Counted from the first letter of the stretch, positions 12,419 to 26,099 are shown. The stretch: DNA of 64,000 nucleotides from Basidiobolus meristosporus CBS 931.73 (GCA_002104905.1 MCFE01000173.1:62001-126000); one strand, 5' to 3'. Made by a program: numbers and translations. The notes: generated by a model from the sequence alone, not told the origin.

Positions 12419-13893
12419 TAAAAAGCTTGTACAATATGGAAAAGTAGAGTTCCCAGGTTTTGATTGATTCTACCATGGTACCAGTTAACCTTCACACTAA
12501 AGTTGCTCTTGACAAGGTTTTGCTGGCTCTGGGCCATGGTAGTCATTCCTTGGTGCTGCTGTAAAAGCTTGTAAGTCCATCTAAATACTCACCTAACTTA
12601 TTCACTTAGATCATTACCTTCAAATCCTATCAAACACTGACCAGATCCTTGTTGGGATTTACCTATTATATTTTCACCAAATTACTAGGTATCCATAACT
12701 TGAAATTTTGAAAGTTGTCCAAACAGCCCAAAACTTTGCATAAATGTTCTTAGGACCTTCTTTAACCTATTATATGTGTTTGTAATGCCAAGACTATGTA
12801 GAATTATAAATACTACTTTTACATTCAATAGATCATTGTGTGGAAACCATATAATGTACTTGCCCTCCCAATCACTTCTAGTATCTCCAAGACGCTAACA
12901 ACAGGCTATGAGCCTCAAGCTGTCACTCTCTGCAATGTCCACTACTGCTATTACTGGTATTTTTTCTCTGCTCAGAAGTCAGATGGATCTAACTATCAGG
13001 TGTGAAAGGTAAAGATGAAGATGCTGCTACTACAAAGAGGCCTTTGGGATGTTGTCATGGGAGAAGAATGTCCACCTAAAAATATGGGAGAGGAAGCCTT
13101 AGAGTACCAGAAGAAAGAACAAAGTGCCTTTAACTGCATTTGCCTTAATATCAAGGACAAATTGCAATTTTGATGCTCAAGAGTAAAAACAGCAAATAAT
13201 GCCTGGAAGACATTAGAAGACATCTACCAGTCATGTTTAGCTGCTAAGAAAATATACCTAAGTCAAAAATTTCTTACTACAAAGTTGCAGCCAGGAGAAG
13301 AAATAAAAATCTAATAAGCATAATTACCATGCTGGTAGAGGGGATGGAATCTCTGGGCATACCAACTATTGATGAAGATATGATAGTAACTATCCTGAAT
13401 AGCCTGACAGAAAAGGTTTTAGGCCCTTGTATCAGCCCTAGAGTCTGAACTGAAGATTTGACCTTAGATTATGTACATGGAAAGTTCCTGGATGAAGAAT
13501 TAAGACAATTAAGTGCCTCTGGAGCATCTCAACACTTTGCATAAAAAAAGAACTTTTTACCCAATTTCAAGAGATTCCAATCAAGAAGGTTTTCATGGGT
13601 GACAATAGAGTACTTAATATAGTGGGAGCAGGAAAAATCTAAGCAAACCTTACAAGCAGTCAAGGAAGCCATACACTGACCTTTAAAGAAGTACACTATG
13701 TACCAAAAATAGCCAAGAACCTGCTATCCATAAGCAAGGCCACTGCAGAAGGACCAGTTTCAGCTTTGACAATTCTGGATGCCATATCACTGATTGAAAT
13801 GGTAGCCATATTGCTTTGGGTAAGAAATATAAGAATCTGCTCCAGTAGACTTATATTTCATCATATCTGGAAGTCATTTAAGAAACTTGTATG

Positions 13894-16800
13894 TGTTACA
13901 AGTCTTGGTATAAGAGTTGTAGAGGAATAGGGAGCTTAGCTAGTATTGTATTCACTACAACTTGAACTCATTTTTGTTGAGGTTCCAGCAGCTCCTTATA
14001 TTCAGTTTGCCAGATCAATTGCTGACTAATTGTATTTCCTAATGTAGGTTATGGCTGATGACTCATTTGATTGCATCATCATCACCTAAAAAGATCCTAC
14101 TTAATATATCTATTTCTGTCTGATAAGGATCTGTGGATTCATTTGCTGACTAATGCTACTGATTTCATAGATAATACTGATATACTGATAACCTAAACAT
14201 ATACTAATTGATTTGACTAAAACTGATCTAACTTAAATATTCAAGCGGCAGATCATAACATTCTCCCCTACTAAAGTTGAGAGGGTTCTCCTGAATCTCT
14301 TTTCTTGTGATACCAATATCTTGATGGTTCAGTATTATCAGCAAGTCTTGCAAGCTTGGGTCTGTCCCTATGCACTAAGTCTTCCCAGATATTACCTTGT
14401 TTGTCCACCAGTTGGTAAGTTGCAAATGGACATTCTCTGATGATCTTGAATGGTCCTGTCCATTGTGGCTCAAACTTCTTCCGAGTGTTGTTTCTTAGCA
14501 ATACAAAGTTCCCAACTGTCAATGCTTCTGGTGCAATAGTCTTATCAAATCTCTGCTTCATCTTTTCTGCGCTTTGAGATACTTTGGTCTGTGCCTCTTG
14601 ACGTCTTTGTTCCAGTTGCTGGTGTCTACTTGGCTGACTGAGTTCATCTTCTAAGGTGTCTGTAAGTTTTGGTTGTGTGAGATCTCCTGGAATCCTTGGT
14701 TCACATCCATAAACTAAGAAAAATGGTGATTGCTGGGTGGTGTTGTGTACTCTGACTCTGCATGCAAAGAGTGCTTGGTCTATATACTCATCCCATCTAC
14801 TGACAACTCCATTTGCATACTTGGTCAGCATTTTTCCAAATAATCCATTGAACCGCTCAGTGACTCCATTAGTTCTGGGGTGATATGCTGAGGTTTTCAA
14901 GTGTCTGATCTGCTGCATTTCCAGGTAAGCCTCTAATGTCTTTGCCATAAAGTTTGCACCTCTATCAGATAAGATCTCCACAGGGTATCCAAACTTCATC
15001 AGGATCTCATGGTAAATGAAACTTGCAACTTCTTGTTCACTGGCTATTGGTACAGCTTTCGCAACAGGCCATTTAGTGGCATGGTCAATTGCTACTAGGA
15101 TCCAATGGTTGCATTTCCTGGTAGTTGGCAGTCTTCCAATAAAGTCAATTCCCCATCTCTCAAATGGTCTTACAGGCTCCAAAGGGAAGAGTTCAGCAAT
15201 TCTTTGTGGCTGGCCTTGATTGATTTGGCAGTTTGGGCATGTTTTTACTAGCTTCTCAATGTCTTGTTTCATTCTGGGCCACCATGCTCTGGCTTTTACA
15301 AGGCTATAGGTTCCTTCAATCCCAAGATGTCCATATCCGTTGTGTAGCTTATGTATTAAATCCAGGCAAGCAACATAAGGACAACAGGCAATAGGGCTTC
15401 CATCAACAATTTGGTAGAGTGTTTCATTCTGTACAACAAATTTGCTGGCTTCATCACGGATTATCTTCTTGATATCTTCATCCACCTTATTAGGAATGGC
15501 TTGGTCCTCCAAGTACTTTGGTAATAGGCTAGGCCAATCTGATTCATGCACCAAGTTGAGTTGTGCAATTTGATCTAATCTTGATAAGGCATCAGCAACC
15601 ATGTTGTTTTTTCCAGGACAGTAGACAATCTCCAGGTCAAATTGCTGAATGTATTCACTTCATCTTGTCATTCTTCTAGAGAGTACCTTCTGAGTAAATA
15701 TATACTTGAGGGAGGCATGATCAGTCTTTACAGTGCATTTGACTACTGCAATATAGCATCTCCATGTCTTCAAACAGTGTATTATAGCAAGCATCTCCTT
15801 CTTATAGACTGGATAGTTTTGTTCTGCTGAGTTCAGTTTCTTGGATTCAAAGGCAATAGGGTAGTCCTTTCCCTTGTGTTCTTGGCTCAGCACTCCACCA
15901 ATTGCATAATCTGAAGCATCTGTGCATAGAGTGAACTCTTTTCTGAAGTCTGGTATTCTTATGCTTGGCAACTTAGCAAGTTCATTCTTTTGCGTCTGGA
16001 AGGCAGTCTCACAAGCTATGTCCCACTTGTAGGTATTGTCTTTCTTGAGGATATCAGTTAAAGGGGCTGCAATACTTGCAAATGACTTGGCAAATCTCCG
16101 ATAATAGGAAACCATTCCAAGGAAGGATCTGAGTTCTGATATGCTATGGGGCGGCTTCAAATTCTTGATTACTTCCACCTTCTTGGGGTCTAAGGTTACT
16201 CCTGTGCTAGTCACTATGTGTCCCAGATATTCTACGTGTTCCTTGAAGAATTCACACTTGACTAGCTTGCCATATAGCTTGTTCTCTCTTAGTTTCTTCA
16301 AGACCTTTACAATGTGTACCATGTGATCCTTTTCTGTCTTGCTGTATATCAATATGTCATCCAGGTAGATTATCACAAACTTGTTTAAGTACTCCTGAAA
16401 GACAGTCTGCATCAGCGTCATGAATGTTGCAGGGGCATTAGTGAGGCCAAAACTCATGACTAAGTACTCGTAATGTCCATATCTGGTCCTGAATGCTGTC
16501 TTAGGAATATCTTCTGGTTTCACCCTAATCTGGTTGTATCCTGACATGAGGTCAATCTTGCTGAAAATAGTGGCTCCATTAAGTTGGTCCAAAAGCTCAT
16601 CAATCTGAGGTATGGGGTACTTATTCTTGACGGTAACTGAGTTCAGGGCTCTGTAGTCAATGCACATCCTAAGTGTTCCATCCTTCTTTTTCACAAAAAG
16701 CACTGGTGCTCCCCAGGGTGACTTGCTGGGCCTGATGTATTCTCGCTCCAATAGCTGATCAATTTGTCTCTTCATTTCCTCCAATTCCAATGGACTCATT

Positions 16801-18829
16801 CTGTAAGGTGTCTTGCTCACTTGAGGGCTATCTCCTGTGTCAATGGCATGATCCATGTCTCTGACTGGTGGTAGGCTTACAAGCTCATCTGGAAACACGT
16901 CTGAATATTTCTTCAAGAGAGTCTGGACCTGCTGGGGTGTGGGGGTAGAGGAATCCTCCTGTAATACCGCCATGAGGAACATCTGGGTACCTTTTCTAAG
17001 TGCTCTACAGAACTGGGTCTTGCTAAGTTCACTTGTCTCACACACACTGGAATTGACCAAGTTGAAATCCAGCCTGGCAGGTAATAGCTCATAGGTCTTG
17101 TTGTCTTTTTGGATCTGAGTAGCATGGGTTCTCCAGTTGATTGATGGATTACAACAAAATAGCCAGGTTTTTCCAAGTACAAGGTCAAACTTGCAGTTCC
17201 CTAATATATAAGCCTGTAGGTCTTCTTCATAGTCATTGATCTTCATTCTTACTGGCTGGGTGATATGGTTCATTATGTGAGAGTTGCCATCAGCTGTGGA
17301 GACTGAAGTTGATTTGGTAGGTTCCAAGTTGATTCCAGCTTTCAAAGCAAATTGCTCTGACATGTACTCATGCAATGCTCCTGAGTCAATCATGATCTTG
17401 GCAGGTACTCCATTGATTACTCCATTCAAGTACAATAACTTCCCTGAGTTTGAAGTCATTTGGGACAAGTACTCTTCTGTCATATGGAAGGTGAGTTCCA
17501 AGTCTTCTTCAAGCTCATCTTCCACATTACTGTGCTCATGGGACTCAATATGGTTGAAGGCACTTGTTGGCTGGTGTTCATTTCTTCTCTGAGGGCAGTA
17601 CTTTGCAATATGTCCCTGCTGGTGGCAATTGAAGCAAAGTCCTCTCTTCTTGCATTCTTCTGAGGAGGGATTCTTCTGCATAGCGTCTATTTCCATTGGA
17701 ACTACTTCTGATTGTCTTCTTTCATAATCATTATAGCCTTTCTGATTAGTCACTGTAGGCGTCCCAACTCCAAACATAGCTGAGTCATAGTCAATGGCAA
17801 TCTTGATGGCTTCTTCAATAGTCTGAGGTCTTTGGTAATTGACTTCCTTGCAAGTTCTTTCTTTCAACCCATCAATAAAGTATTCAACTTGATCCAAGGG
17901 GTCCATTCTTTCAATTTGTCCAAGTAGACATCTGTACTCATAGATGTATTCTTGCACCATTCCTTTCTGTCTGAGTGTCTTTAACTTCCTTCTTAGTAGT
18001 GTCTGCTGGTGTAGAGGTTCAAAAGCATCCTGAATTTCTGACACAAACTCATCCCAGGTAGAGATTATAGAGCATCCCATCATAGTGGCTGACCTGATCT
18101 TGTTGTGGTACCACTGTAAAGCTGCATCTGCCAGGTAAGAAGCTGCATAATGCAACTTGCTTTCTGGAGCAATTCCTTTAGCTTTAAAAGCTTCTTCAAT
18201 CTGAAAGAGCCAAGTTCCCAGGTTTTCATTGACTCTGCCATGGTACCGGTTGACCTTCACACTAAAGTTGCTCTTGACAGGGCTTTGCTGGCTCTGAGCC
18301 ATGGTAGTCATTCATTGTTGCTGTTGGCTGAGGATCTGGAGTAACTGTTGCTGTTGGGCCAGGATTTGCTGCATGGCATTCTTCCATTCTTGATTGTCTG
18401 ACATCTTGAGGGTGGTTTCTTCTTTCTTCAGGAGGGAGGTTTCTGGTTATTGCTGCTACCAATGTTACAAGTCTTGGTATAAGAGTTGTAGAGGAATAGG
18501 GAGTTTAGCTAGTATTGTATTCACTAAAACTTGAACTCATTTTTATTGAGGTTCCAGCAGCTCCTTATATACATTTTGCCAGATCAATTGCTGACTTATT
18601 GTATTTCCTAATGTAGGTTGTGGCTGATGACTCATTTGATTGCATCATCATCACCTAATAAGATCCTACTTAATATATCTATTTCTGTCTGATAAGGATC
18701 TGTGGATTCATTTGCTGACTAATGCTACTGATTTCATAGATAATACTGATATACTGATAACCTAAACATATACTAATTGATTTGACTAAAACTGATCTAA
18801 CTTAAACATTCAAGGGGCAGATCATAACA
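13894..18829 (-). mobile_element. Ty3/Gypsy family A, copy A2 (youngest, near intact)
   Basis: LTRs at 18463-18829 and 13894-14260 (about 10 substitutions in 367 bp by eye); PBS TTGGTAGCAGCA at 18462-18451; PPT AGTAGGGGAGAA at 14272-14261; probable 4-bp TSD TATG/AATG, whose removal rejoins copia coding sequence (..AACTTGAATGAAG..). Confidence 0.97.
14271..18311 (-). pseudogene. Gag-Pol single frame (gag, CCHC knuckle, protease, RT, RNase H, integrase) broken by one in-frame TGA at 15662-15660
   Basis: The 883-aa and 443-aa ORFs are in the same frame: [65 protein letters not shown]. No chromodomain before the stop. Confidence 0.95.
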
Positions 18830-19619
18830 AATGAAGGGAACCCCAATGGTTTGGCACAGGAGATTTAGACAAATCAATTTTGATTATTTGCAAAAAATGA
18901 TCAAAGATAAGCAAATATACGGAGTAAAAATTGATTCCCCAGCTAATTTGGAGAACTATGAAGCCTACATATCTGGAAAACAAGTGAAACCACTGCTCAA
19001 GAGCTCTGGGTTAATCAAAACTAAGAAAAAACTCAATTAAATTCACTTAGATATGTGTGGATCTTTGAAAATATATTTTTAGGCAGGATGTGGTATTTAA
19101 TGACGTTTATTGTTGATTATGCAAGATATGCTTGTGTCAACTTCATGGAGAGAAAGGAAGAAGCTCTGTCCAAGGTCAGGGAGTTCAAAGTCATGGTGGA
19201 GAAAGAAACTGGTGAAAAAATCTAGAAAATACGCTCTGACAATGGTGGAGAATATACCACAAAACTATTCATTCACTTCTGCAAAATTCATGGGATAAAG
19301 CAAGAGACTACTGTACAATACTCCCCACAGCAAAATAGAGTAGCAGAATGCGCTAACAGAGCAATATTTGATATGACAAGATCTATGATCCATGATCAAA
19401 TAATATCCAGTGATTTTGGGCGGTAGCAGTTACTACAGCTGTATACCTTAAAAACAGGAGTTAAAACCAAATACTTTGTGATTTTACTCCATTTGGAGCA
19501 TGATATGGATACAGATAAAGTACAAAACATCTAACAGTATTTGGGTGTACGGCATATGCCAAGAAACTTCCTGGTTATCAGTCAAAATTTGAGCCAAAAA
19601 GTGCAAAATGCATATTTTT

Positions 19620-19940
19620 GGGTGTCTTCTAATGCCTTCAGGGCATTCATTGTCATTTTTGCCCTTGAGCATTGAACTAACAATTTGACATTAAGGCAAT
19701 GCACTTTAAGGCACTTTGTTCTTTCTTCTGGTACTTTAAGGCTTCCTCTTCCTTGTTTGTAGGAGTGCATTCTTCTCCCATGACAACATCCCAAAAGCCT
19801 CTTCATTGTAGCAGCATCTTCATTTTCACCTTCCACACTTGATAGTTTAATTCATCCAACTTTTTGGCAGAGGGAAATGTTTCAGTAATAGCAGTAGTAA
19901 GCATTGCAGAGTGACAGCTTGTGGCTCCTAACCAATTGTG
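19620..19940 (-). mobile_element. Copia B gag 5' fragment in inverted orientation, with PBS remnant
   Basis: Reverse complement of the gag start (VWKVKMKMLLQ.RGFWDVVMGEEC); PBS-like GGTTAGGAGCC at ~19933-19923. Confidence 0.75.
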
Positions 19941-19944
19941 AGAG

Positions 19945-20222
19945 TCTCAAATATATTGTATATATGAAAATTAAACTCTTTTGATCATTACCCCTCAAGT
20001 ACTAGTTCAAATGTTGTGTAATTTGAAACATGTGTTGCCTTCTAATTGTTCTGTAGGACATAATATCCTTGGGTGAATTGCTTGTCAGGGTCTAGAGCAT
20101 TTGTCACAGTTGGAAATTCTTGATCTTTCACTTGTGTGCTATAATAATAAAAAGCTGAATAAAGAAATGAGTGCAATATTGGTTTTGAGATATCTGGAAA
20201 TGGAAAGTATTCCATAACCACA
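19945..20222 (-). mobile_element. LTR family Y, 5' fragment
   Basis: Starts TGTGGTTATGGAA at 20222 and aligns with 34144-34420. Confidence 0.75.
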
Positions 20223-21119
20223 ATTTCTGATAATTTGGGCACAGTTCAATGGTAGCATTTTCTGATGTGAGTGCCATGCAACTGTGAACATATGTTGGAA
20301 TCAGGATAGTCTCTGGAACATATGCTGTCAGCCTCATGATGGTTGTGCACTTGTACCATGGAAATGGTAGGTTGTATCCTGGAATGCTTTTGGCAAGAAG
20401 TAGTGCTAAATTGTCAAAGCCACTATTACTGCTGTTAGTAGAAATACGCCACTTCTGTAGCCACCACATTACATCATTTGCCAATAGATGGAATACTGGA
20501 TTCATTTGTCTCCACAAAGTATCCTTGGCATTTGTTACAATGGGTGTTGTCTCATTGCATATTGGGATTTTACTGGGCTCATACATGGTACTGTTGTTGG
20601 GGGAGATAGGCTCACAATCCATCAGGGAATCTTATTTGTCAGAGCTATCACTCTGTGTGCCATATTCAGAAGGCTGAGGTGAGCCTAAAGATATCACAAA
20701 CTCACTTGACTCAGCTTGTGCAAGGTGACAATGATGGCCAGGTGCTAATATTGATGTATCAACTGGCAGGCAAAATAATGCTAGTACAGTAGTGACCAAT
20801 GAATGGTCAAATATGACTTGTGTGGCAAAGCACTAGCCACAATCCTTGTAATACTTCCTATGCGCTCTGCGTGCTTCATGGCCATGCGGCTTGCTTCAAT
20901 AGCCACATAGTCCTTTTTCTCTTCTCTTACAGCATTTAGTCAAAGTAGTCTTGTCAATGGGGGAAACAGTTTGACCTTACCATACCTAATGTTATTAAAT
21001 CACTTTTTGGTCAATACTCATGTGAATTTAAGACAGTCTTGTACCTGAGACATTATATCTACATGAATGTAAGATTCAATGATGACCTGCCATTGTAAGT
21101 ACTATAAAGAAGGTTGTAG
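20223..21119 (-). pseudogene. CACTA transposase N-terminal part
   Basis: ORF 20128-20622 (ILIPTYVHSCMALTSENATIELCPNYQ) matches 40249-41046 (VLIPACVNSCMALTSKNATIAMCPNCQ). Confidence 0.85.
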
Positions 21120-24100
21120 TGTTATGATCTGCTGCTTGAATGTTTAAGTTGGATCAGATTTTGGTCAAATCAATTAGTTATATGTTTAGGTTATCAGTAT
21201 ATCAGTATTATCTATCATATCAGTAACATTAGTCAGCAAAGGAATCAGCAGACCCTTATCAGACAGAAATAGATATATTAAGTAGGATCTTATTGGGTGA
21301 TGATGATGCAATTAAATGAGTCATCAGCCACAACCTACATTAGGAAATACAATTAGTCAGCAATTGATCTGGCAAAATGTATATAAGGAGCTGCTGGAAC
21401 CTCAATAAAGATCAGTTCAAGTTTTGTGAATACAATACTAGCTAAACTCCCTATTCCTCTACAACTCTTATACAAAGACTTGTAACATTGGTAGCAGCAA
21501 TAACCAGAAACCACCCTCAAGATGTTGGACAATCAAGAATGAAAGAATGCCATGCAGCAAATCCTGGCCCAACAGCAACAGTTACTCCAGATCCTCAGCC
21601 AACAGCAACAAGGAATGACTACCATGGCTCAGAGCCAGCAAAGCCCTGTCAAGAGCAAATTTAGTGTGAAGGTCAACCAGTACCATGGCAGAGTCAATGA
21701 AAACCTGGGAACTTAGCTCTTTCAGATTGAAGAAGCTTTTAAAGCTAAAGGAATTGCTCCAGAAAGCAAGTTGCATTATGCAACTTCTTACCTGGCAAAT
21801 GCAGCCTTACAGTGGTACCACAATAAGATCAGGTAAGCCACTATGATGGGATGCTCTACAATCTCTACCTGGGATGAGTTTGTGTTGGATATTCAGGATG
21901 CTTTTGAACCTCCACACCAGCAGACACTACTAAGAAGGAAGTTAAAGACACTCAGACAGAAAGGAATGGTTCAAGAATACATCTATGTGTACAGATGTCT
22001 ACTTGGACAAATTGACAGAATGGACCCCCTGGATCAAGTTGAATACTTTATTGATGGGTTGAAAGAAAGAACTTGCAAGGAAGTGAATTATTGAAGACCT
22101 CAGACTATTGAAGAAGCTATCAAGATTTCCATTGAATCTGACTCAGCTATGTTTGGAGTTGGGAAGCCTACAGTTACTAATCTCAGGAGCATCAAAGTGA
22201 GTAAATGTCAGAACAATTTGCTCTGAAAGCAGAAATCAACTGAGAACCTACCAAATCAACTTCAGTCTCAACAGCTGATGGGAGCTCTCACATAGTCAAC
22301 CGTACTACTCAGCCAGTAAGAATAAAGATCAATGACTATGAAGAAGACCTACAGGCTTATATATTAGGGAACTGCAAGTTTGACCTTGTACTTGGAAAAA
22401 CCTGGCTATTTTGTTGTAATCCATCAATCAACTGGAGAACCCATGCTACTCAGATCCAAAAGACAACAAGACCTATGAGCTATTACCTGCCAGGCTGGAT
22501 TTCAACTTGGTCAATTCCAGTATGTGTGAGACAAGTGAACTTAGCAAGACCCAGTTCTGTAGAGCACTTAGAGAAGGTACCCAGATGTTCCTCATGGCAG
22601 TATTACAGGAGAAATCCTCTACCCTAGCACCCCAGCAGGTCCAGACTCTCTTGAAGAAATATTCAGACATGTTTCCAGATGAGCTTGTTAGCCTACCACC
22701 ATTCAGAGATGTGGATCATGTCATTGACACAGGAGATAGCCCTCCAGTAAGCAAGACACCTTACAGAATGAGTCCATTGGAATTGGAGGAAATGAAGACA
22801 CAAATTGATCAGCTATTGGAGCAAGGATACATCAGGCCCAGCAAGTCACCCTGGGGAGCACCAGTGCTTTTTATGAAAAAGAAGGATGGAACACTTAGGA
22901 TGTGCATTGACTACAGAGCCCTGAACTCAGTTACTGTCAAGAATAAGTACCCCATACCTTGGATTGATCAGCTGTTGGAACAACTTAGTGGAGCCACTAT
23001 TTTCAGCAAGATTGACCTCATGTCAGGATACAACCAGATTATGGTGAAATCAGAAGATATCCCTAAGACACCATTCAGGACCAGATATGGACATTACAAG
23101 TACATGTTCATGAGTTTTGGCCTCACTAATGCCCCTGCAACATTCATGATGCTGATGCAGACTGTCTTTCAGGAGTACTTAGACAAGCTTGTGATAATCT
23201 ACCTGGATGACATATTGATATACAGCAAGACAGAAGAGGATTACGTGGTGCACATTGAAAAGGTCTTGAGGAAACTAAGAGAGAACAAGCTATATGGCAA
23301 GCTAGCCAAGTGTATATACTTCAAGGAACACATTGAATATCTGGGACACATAGTGACTAGCATAGGAGTGACCTTAGACCCTAAGAAGGTTGAAGTTATC
23401 AAGAATTTGAAGCAGCCCCATAGCACATCAGAACTCAGAGCATTCCTTGGAATGGCATCCTATTATTGGAAATTTGTCAAGTCCTTTGCAAGCATTGCAG
23501 CCCCTTTAACTGATATCCTCAAGAAAGACAACACCTACAAGTGAGACATACCCTGTGACACTGCATTTCAGATGTTCAAGAATGAACTTGCTAAGCTGCC
23601 AAGTTTAAGAATACCTGACTTCAGAAAAGAGTTTACTCTGTGCACAGATGTTTCAGATTATGCAATTGGTGGAGTACTAAGCCAAGAGCACAAGGGAAAG
23701 AACTACCCAGTTGCCTTCAAGTCCAAGAAACTGAACTCAGCAGAACAAAACTATCCAGTGCATGAGAAGGAGATGCTTGCTATAATACACTGCCTGAAGA
23801 CATGGAGATGCTATTTTGAAGGAGTCAAATGCACTATAAAGACTGATCATGCCTCACTGAAGTATATATTTACTCAGAAGGTTCTATCCAGAAGAATGAC
23901 AAGATGGAGTGAATACATTCAGCAATTTGACTTGGAGATTGTCTACTGCCCTGGGAAAAACAACATGGTTGCTGATGCCTTATCAAGACTAGAGCAAGTG
24001 GCACAACTCAGCTTGGTGCATGAATCAGATTGGCCTAGCTTATTATCACAACACTTGGAGGACCAAGCCATTCCTATTGAGGTGGATGAAGAGATAATCC

Positions 24101-24830
24101 GGGATGACGCCAGCAAATTTGTTGTACAGGATGAAACAATCTACCAAATTGTTGATGGAAGCCCTATTGCCTATTGTCCTTATGTTGCTTGCCTGGATTT
24201 AATACATAAGCTACACAATGGATATGGACATCTTGGGATTGAAGGAACCTATAGCCTTGTGAAAGCCAGAGCACGGTGGCCCAGAATGAAACAAGATATT
24301 GAGAAGCTAGTGAAAACCTGCCCAAACTGCCAAATCAATCAAGGCCAGCCACAAAGAATTGCCAAACTCTTCCCTTTGGAGCCTGTAAGACCATTTGAGA
24401 GATGGGGAATTGACTTTATAAGAAGACTGCCAACCACCAGGAAATGCAACCGTTGGATCATAGTAGCAATTGACCATGCCACTAAATGGCCAGTTGCTAA
24501 AGCTGTACCAATAGCCAGTGAACAAGAATTTGCAAGTTTCATTTACCATGAGATCCTGATGAAGTTTGGATGCCCTGTGAAGATCTTATCTGATAGAGGA
24601 GCAAACTTTGTGGCAAAGACATTAGAAGCTTACCTGGAAATGCAGCAGATTAAACACTTGAAAACCTTGGCATATCACCCAGAACTAATGGAGTCACTGA
24701 ACACTTTAATGAATTATTTGGAAAAATGCTGACCAAGTGAGCAAATGGAGCTGCCAGTAGATGGGATGAGTATAAAGATCAAGCACTTTTTGGCTGCAGA
24801 GTTAGAGTGCACAACACTACCCAACAATCA
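21120..24830 (+). mobile_element. Ty3/Gypsy family A, copy A3 (3'-truncated, protease region deleted)
   Basis: 5' LTR at 21120-21487; PBS TTGGTAGCAGCA at 21488-21499; RT ORF 22507-23544; RNase H-integrase ORF 23572-24732; joins CACTA ORF2 at ~24830 through ACCATT microhomology. Confidence 0.93.
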
Positions 24831-24834
24831 CCAT

Positions 24835-26098
24835 TCATTTCACACCAATGAGAATGTTATATATGCTGTACCTTTGATTGAAGTCCAGCAAGTTAGTGTC
24901 ACAACATCACCACTACCTGTATTAGCAAGTATGTTGTTAGCTCATACCAATGCACTCATGAAGCAATTAGGTGCAGTGATAGATATGATGTATGCAATGG
25001 CCTGTAGAAATCAGGGAATAGTCCAGAAACAGGATGAGCAGATAATATATGTAGAGCAATCAATATCCCAGGTAGAAAAGCAGTACCTTTGCTGCAAAGT
25101 AGAAACTAAAGTAGCTCAATGTCACAGCCAAGAATTGAGCCATTTCCCAATGTAACAGCAGAGAAACACCATACAATCTTTGAAGCACAACAACAGTGCT
25201 CAAAGATAATGCCCGCAAAAAACCTATCACAGCAAGGGAGAGAGATAATGTGGTGTTTATACCAAAGCCTAAAAATCAAAACATATTGAAGATCTGTGAA
25301 GCCATTGAGTGCAATAATGAAGAGCGGGCAAATATTCAAAAGACTGTCAGAAGCCTAGTATGCTATCACCTTAAGGCCAGCATACCATGGGACCATCAGG
25401 AACTCAAGGTCAAGCAGACTGCACTTGACTTATTCCATGACATTATCCTGGATTCAAACAGTCAAACAGATTTTAGGCCAGCATTGGTATGCTAAGAAAG
25501 TATCTTAAGAATAGCAGGAACTATCAAAAGCAAAAGAACAATGGCCCCATGGCTAATACCAGTGGCTTCCTCAACAGCCCATTACTAATAGGGCCAAACG
25601 CTCCAGACAAGCATCAAAGCAACATCAGGTATCTGGAAGAGTGCCAATTAGGGACAAACAGGCAGACACAGATGCACCAGCACAACATTTATCAAGGAAA
25701 AAATATATTGCCACTCAAGAACCACCTAGTACAAGTAGCAGTGAAGGACCTGGCAGTGATAAATCTGCAGCTTTTACAGCAGACTGTCACATTTACCACT
25801 AAGAAAACCGCTGTTCTCACAAGAGTTGGAGGCACAGCCAGTTGAGCTACACTCCATCAAGGTAGCTGAGTGTGCAGAAAAAGGCAACCTGACTACCACA
25901 GCCTCCACATTCTCCATTGCTGACAGAGTGGAGATCCCACTGACAGACAAGGCTACAGCATCAAGAGCACAAAAGACTATCATAATGCCTTCAGTGGAGT
26001 TCTGGAGCATTAATAGGCTCACCAAGAGGTTGCAGCACTTCTTCAAGAGCAGCACTCAAGAAAACAAACTTGAATATTGCAAGGATTTATTGCAATGA
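24835..26098 (+). pseudogene. CACTA second gene (ORF2) remnant: coiled-coil, helical domain and low-complexity linker
   Basis: Homologous to 39958-39266 and 37295-35710; fragments LASMLLAHTNALMKQLGAV.., ERANIQKTVRSLVCYHLKASIPWDHQ..MLRKYLKNSRNY, EFWSINRLTKRLQHFFKSS. Confidence 0.7.
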
Positions 26099-26099
26099 C

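Larger units (their letters stand above)
10029..12556 (-). mobile_element. Old, deleted Ty3 family A copy (A4) carrying two solo LTRs and truncated by a copia
   Basis: Partial LTR at 10029-~10280; RT fragment ([16 protein letters not shown]) in ORF 10286-10756; gag fragments at 11099-11490, 11870-12069 and 12424-12556. Confidence 0.85.
12557..19620 (+). mobile_element. Ty1/Copia element (family B), deleted and interrupted by Ty3 A2
   Basis: 5' LTR at 12557-12903; PBS GGCTATGAGCCT at 12904-12915; gag remnant at 12980-13530 and protease-region remnant to 13893. After the Ty3 insertion it resumes at 18830 with pre-integrase (WHRR) and integrase (PQQNRVAE) sequence to ~19620. Confidence 0.9.
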
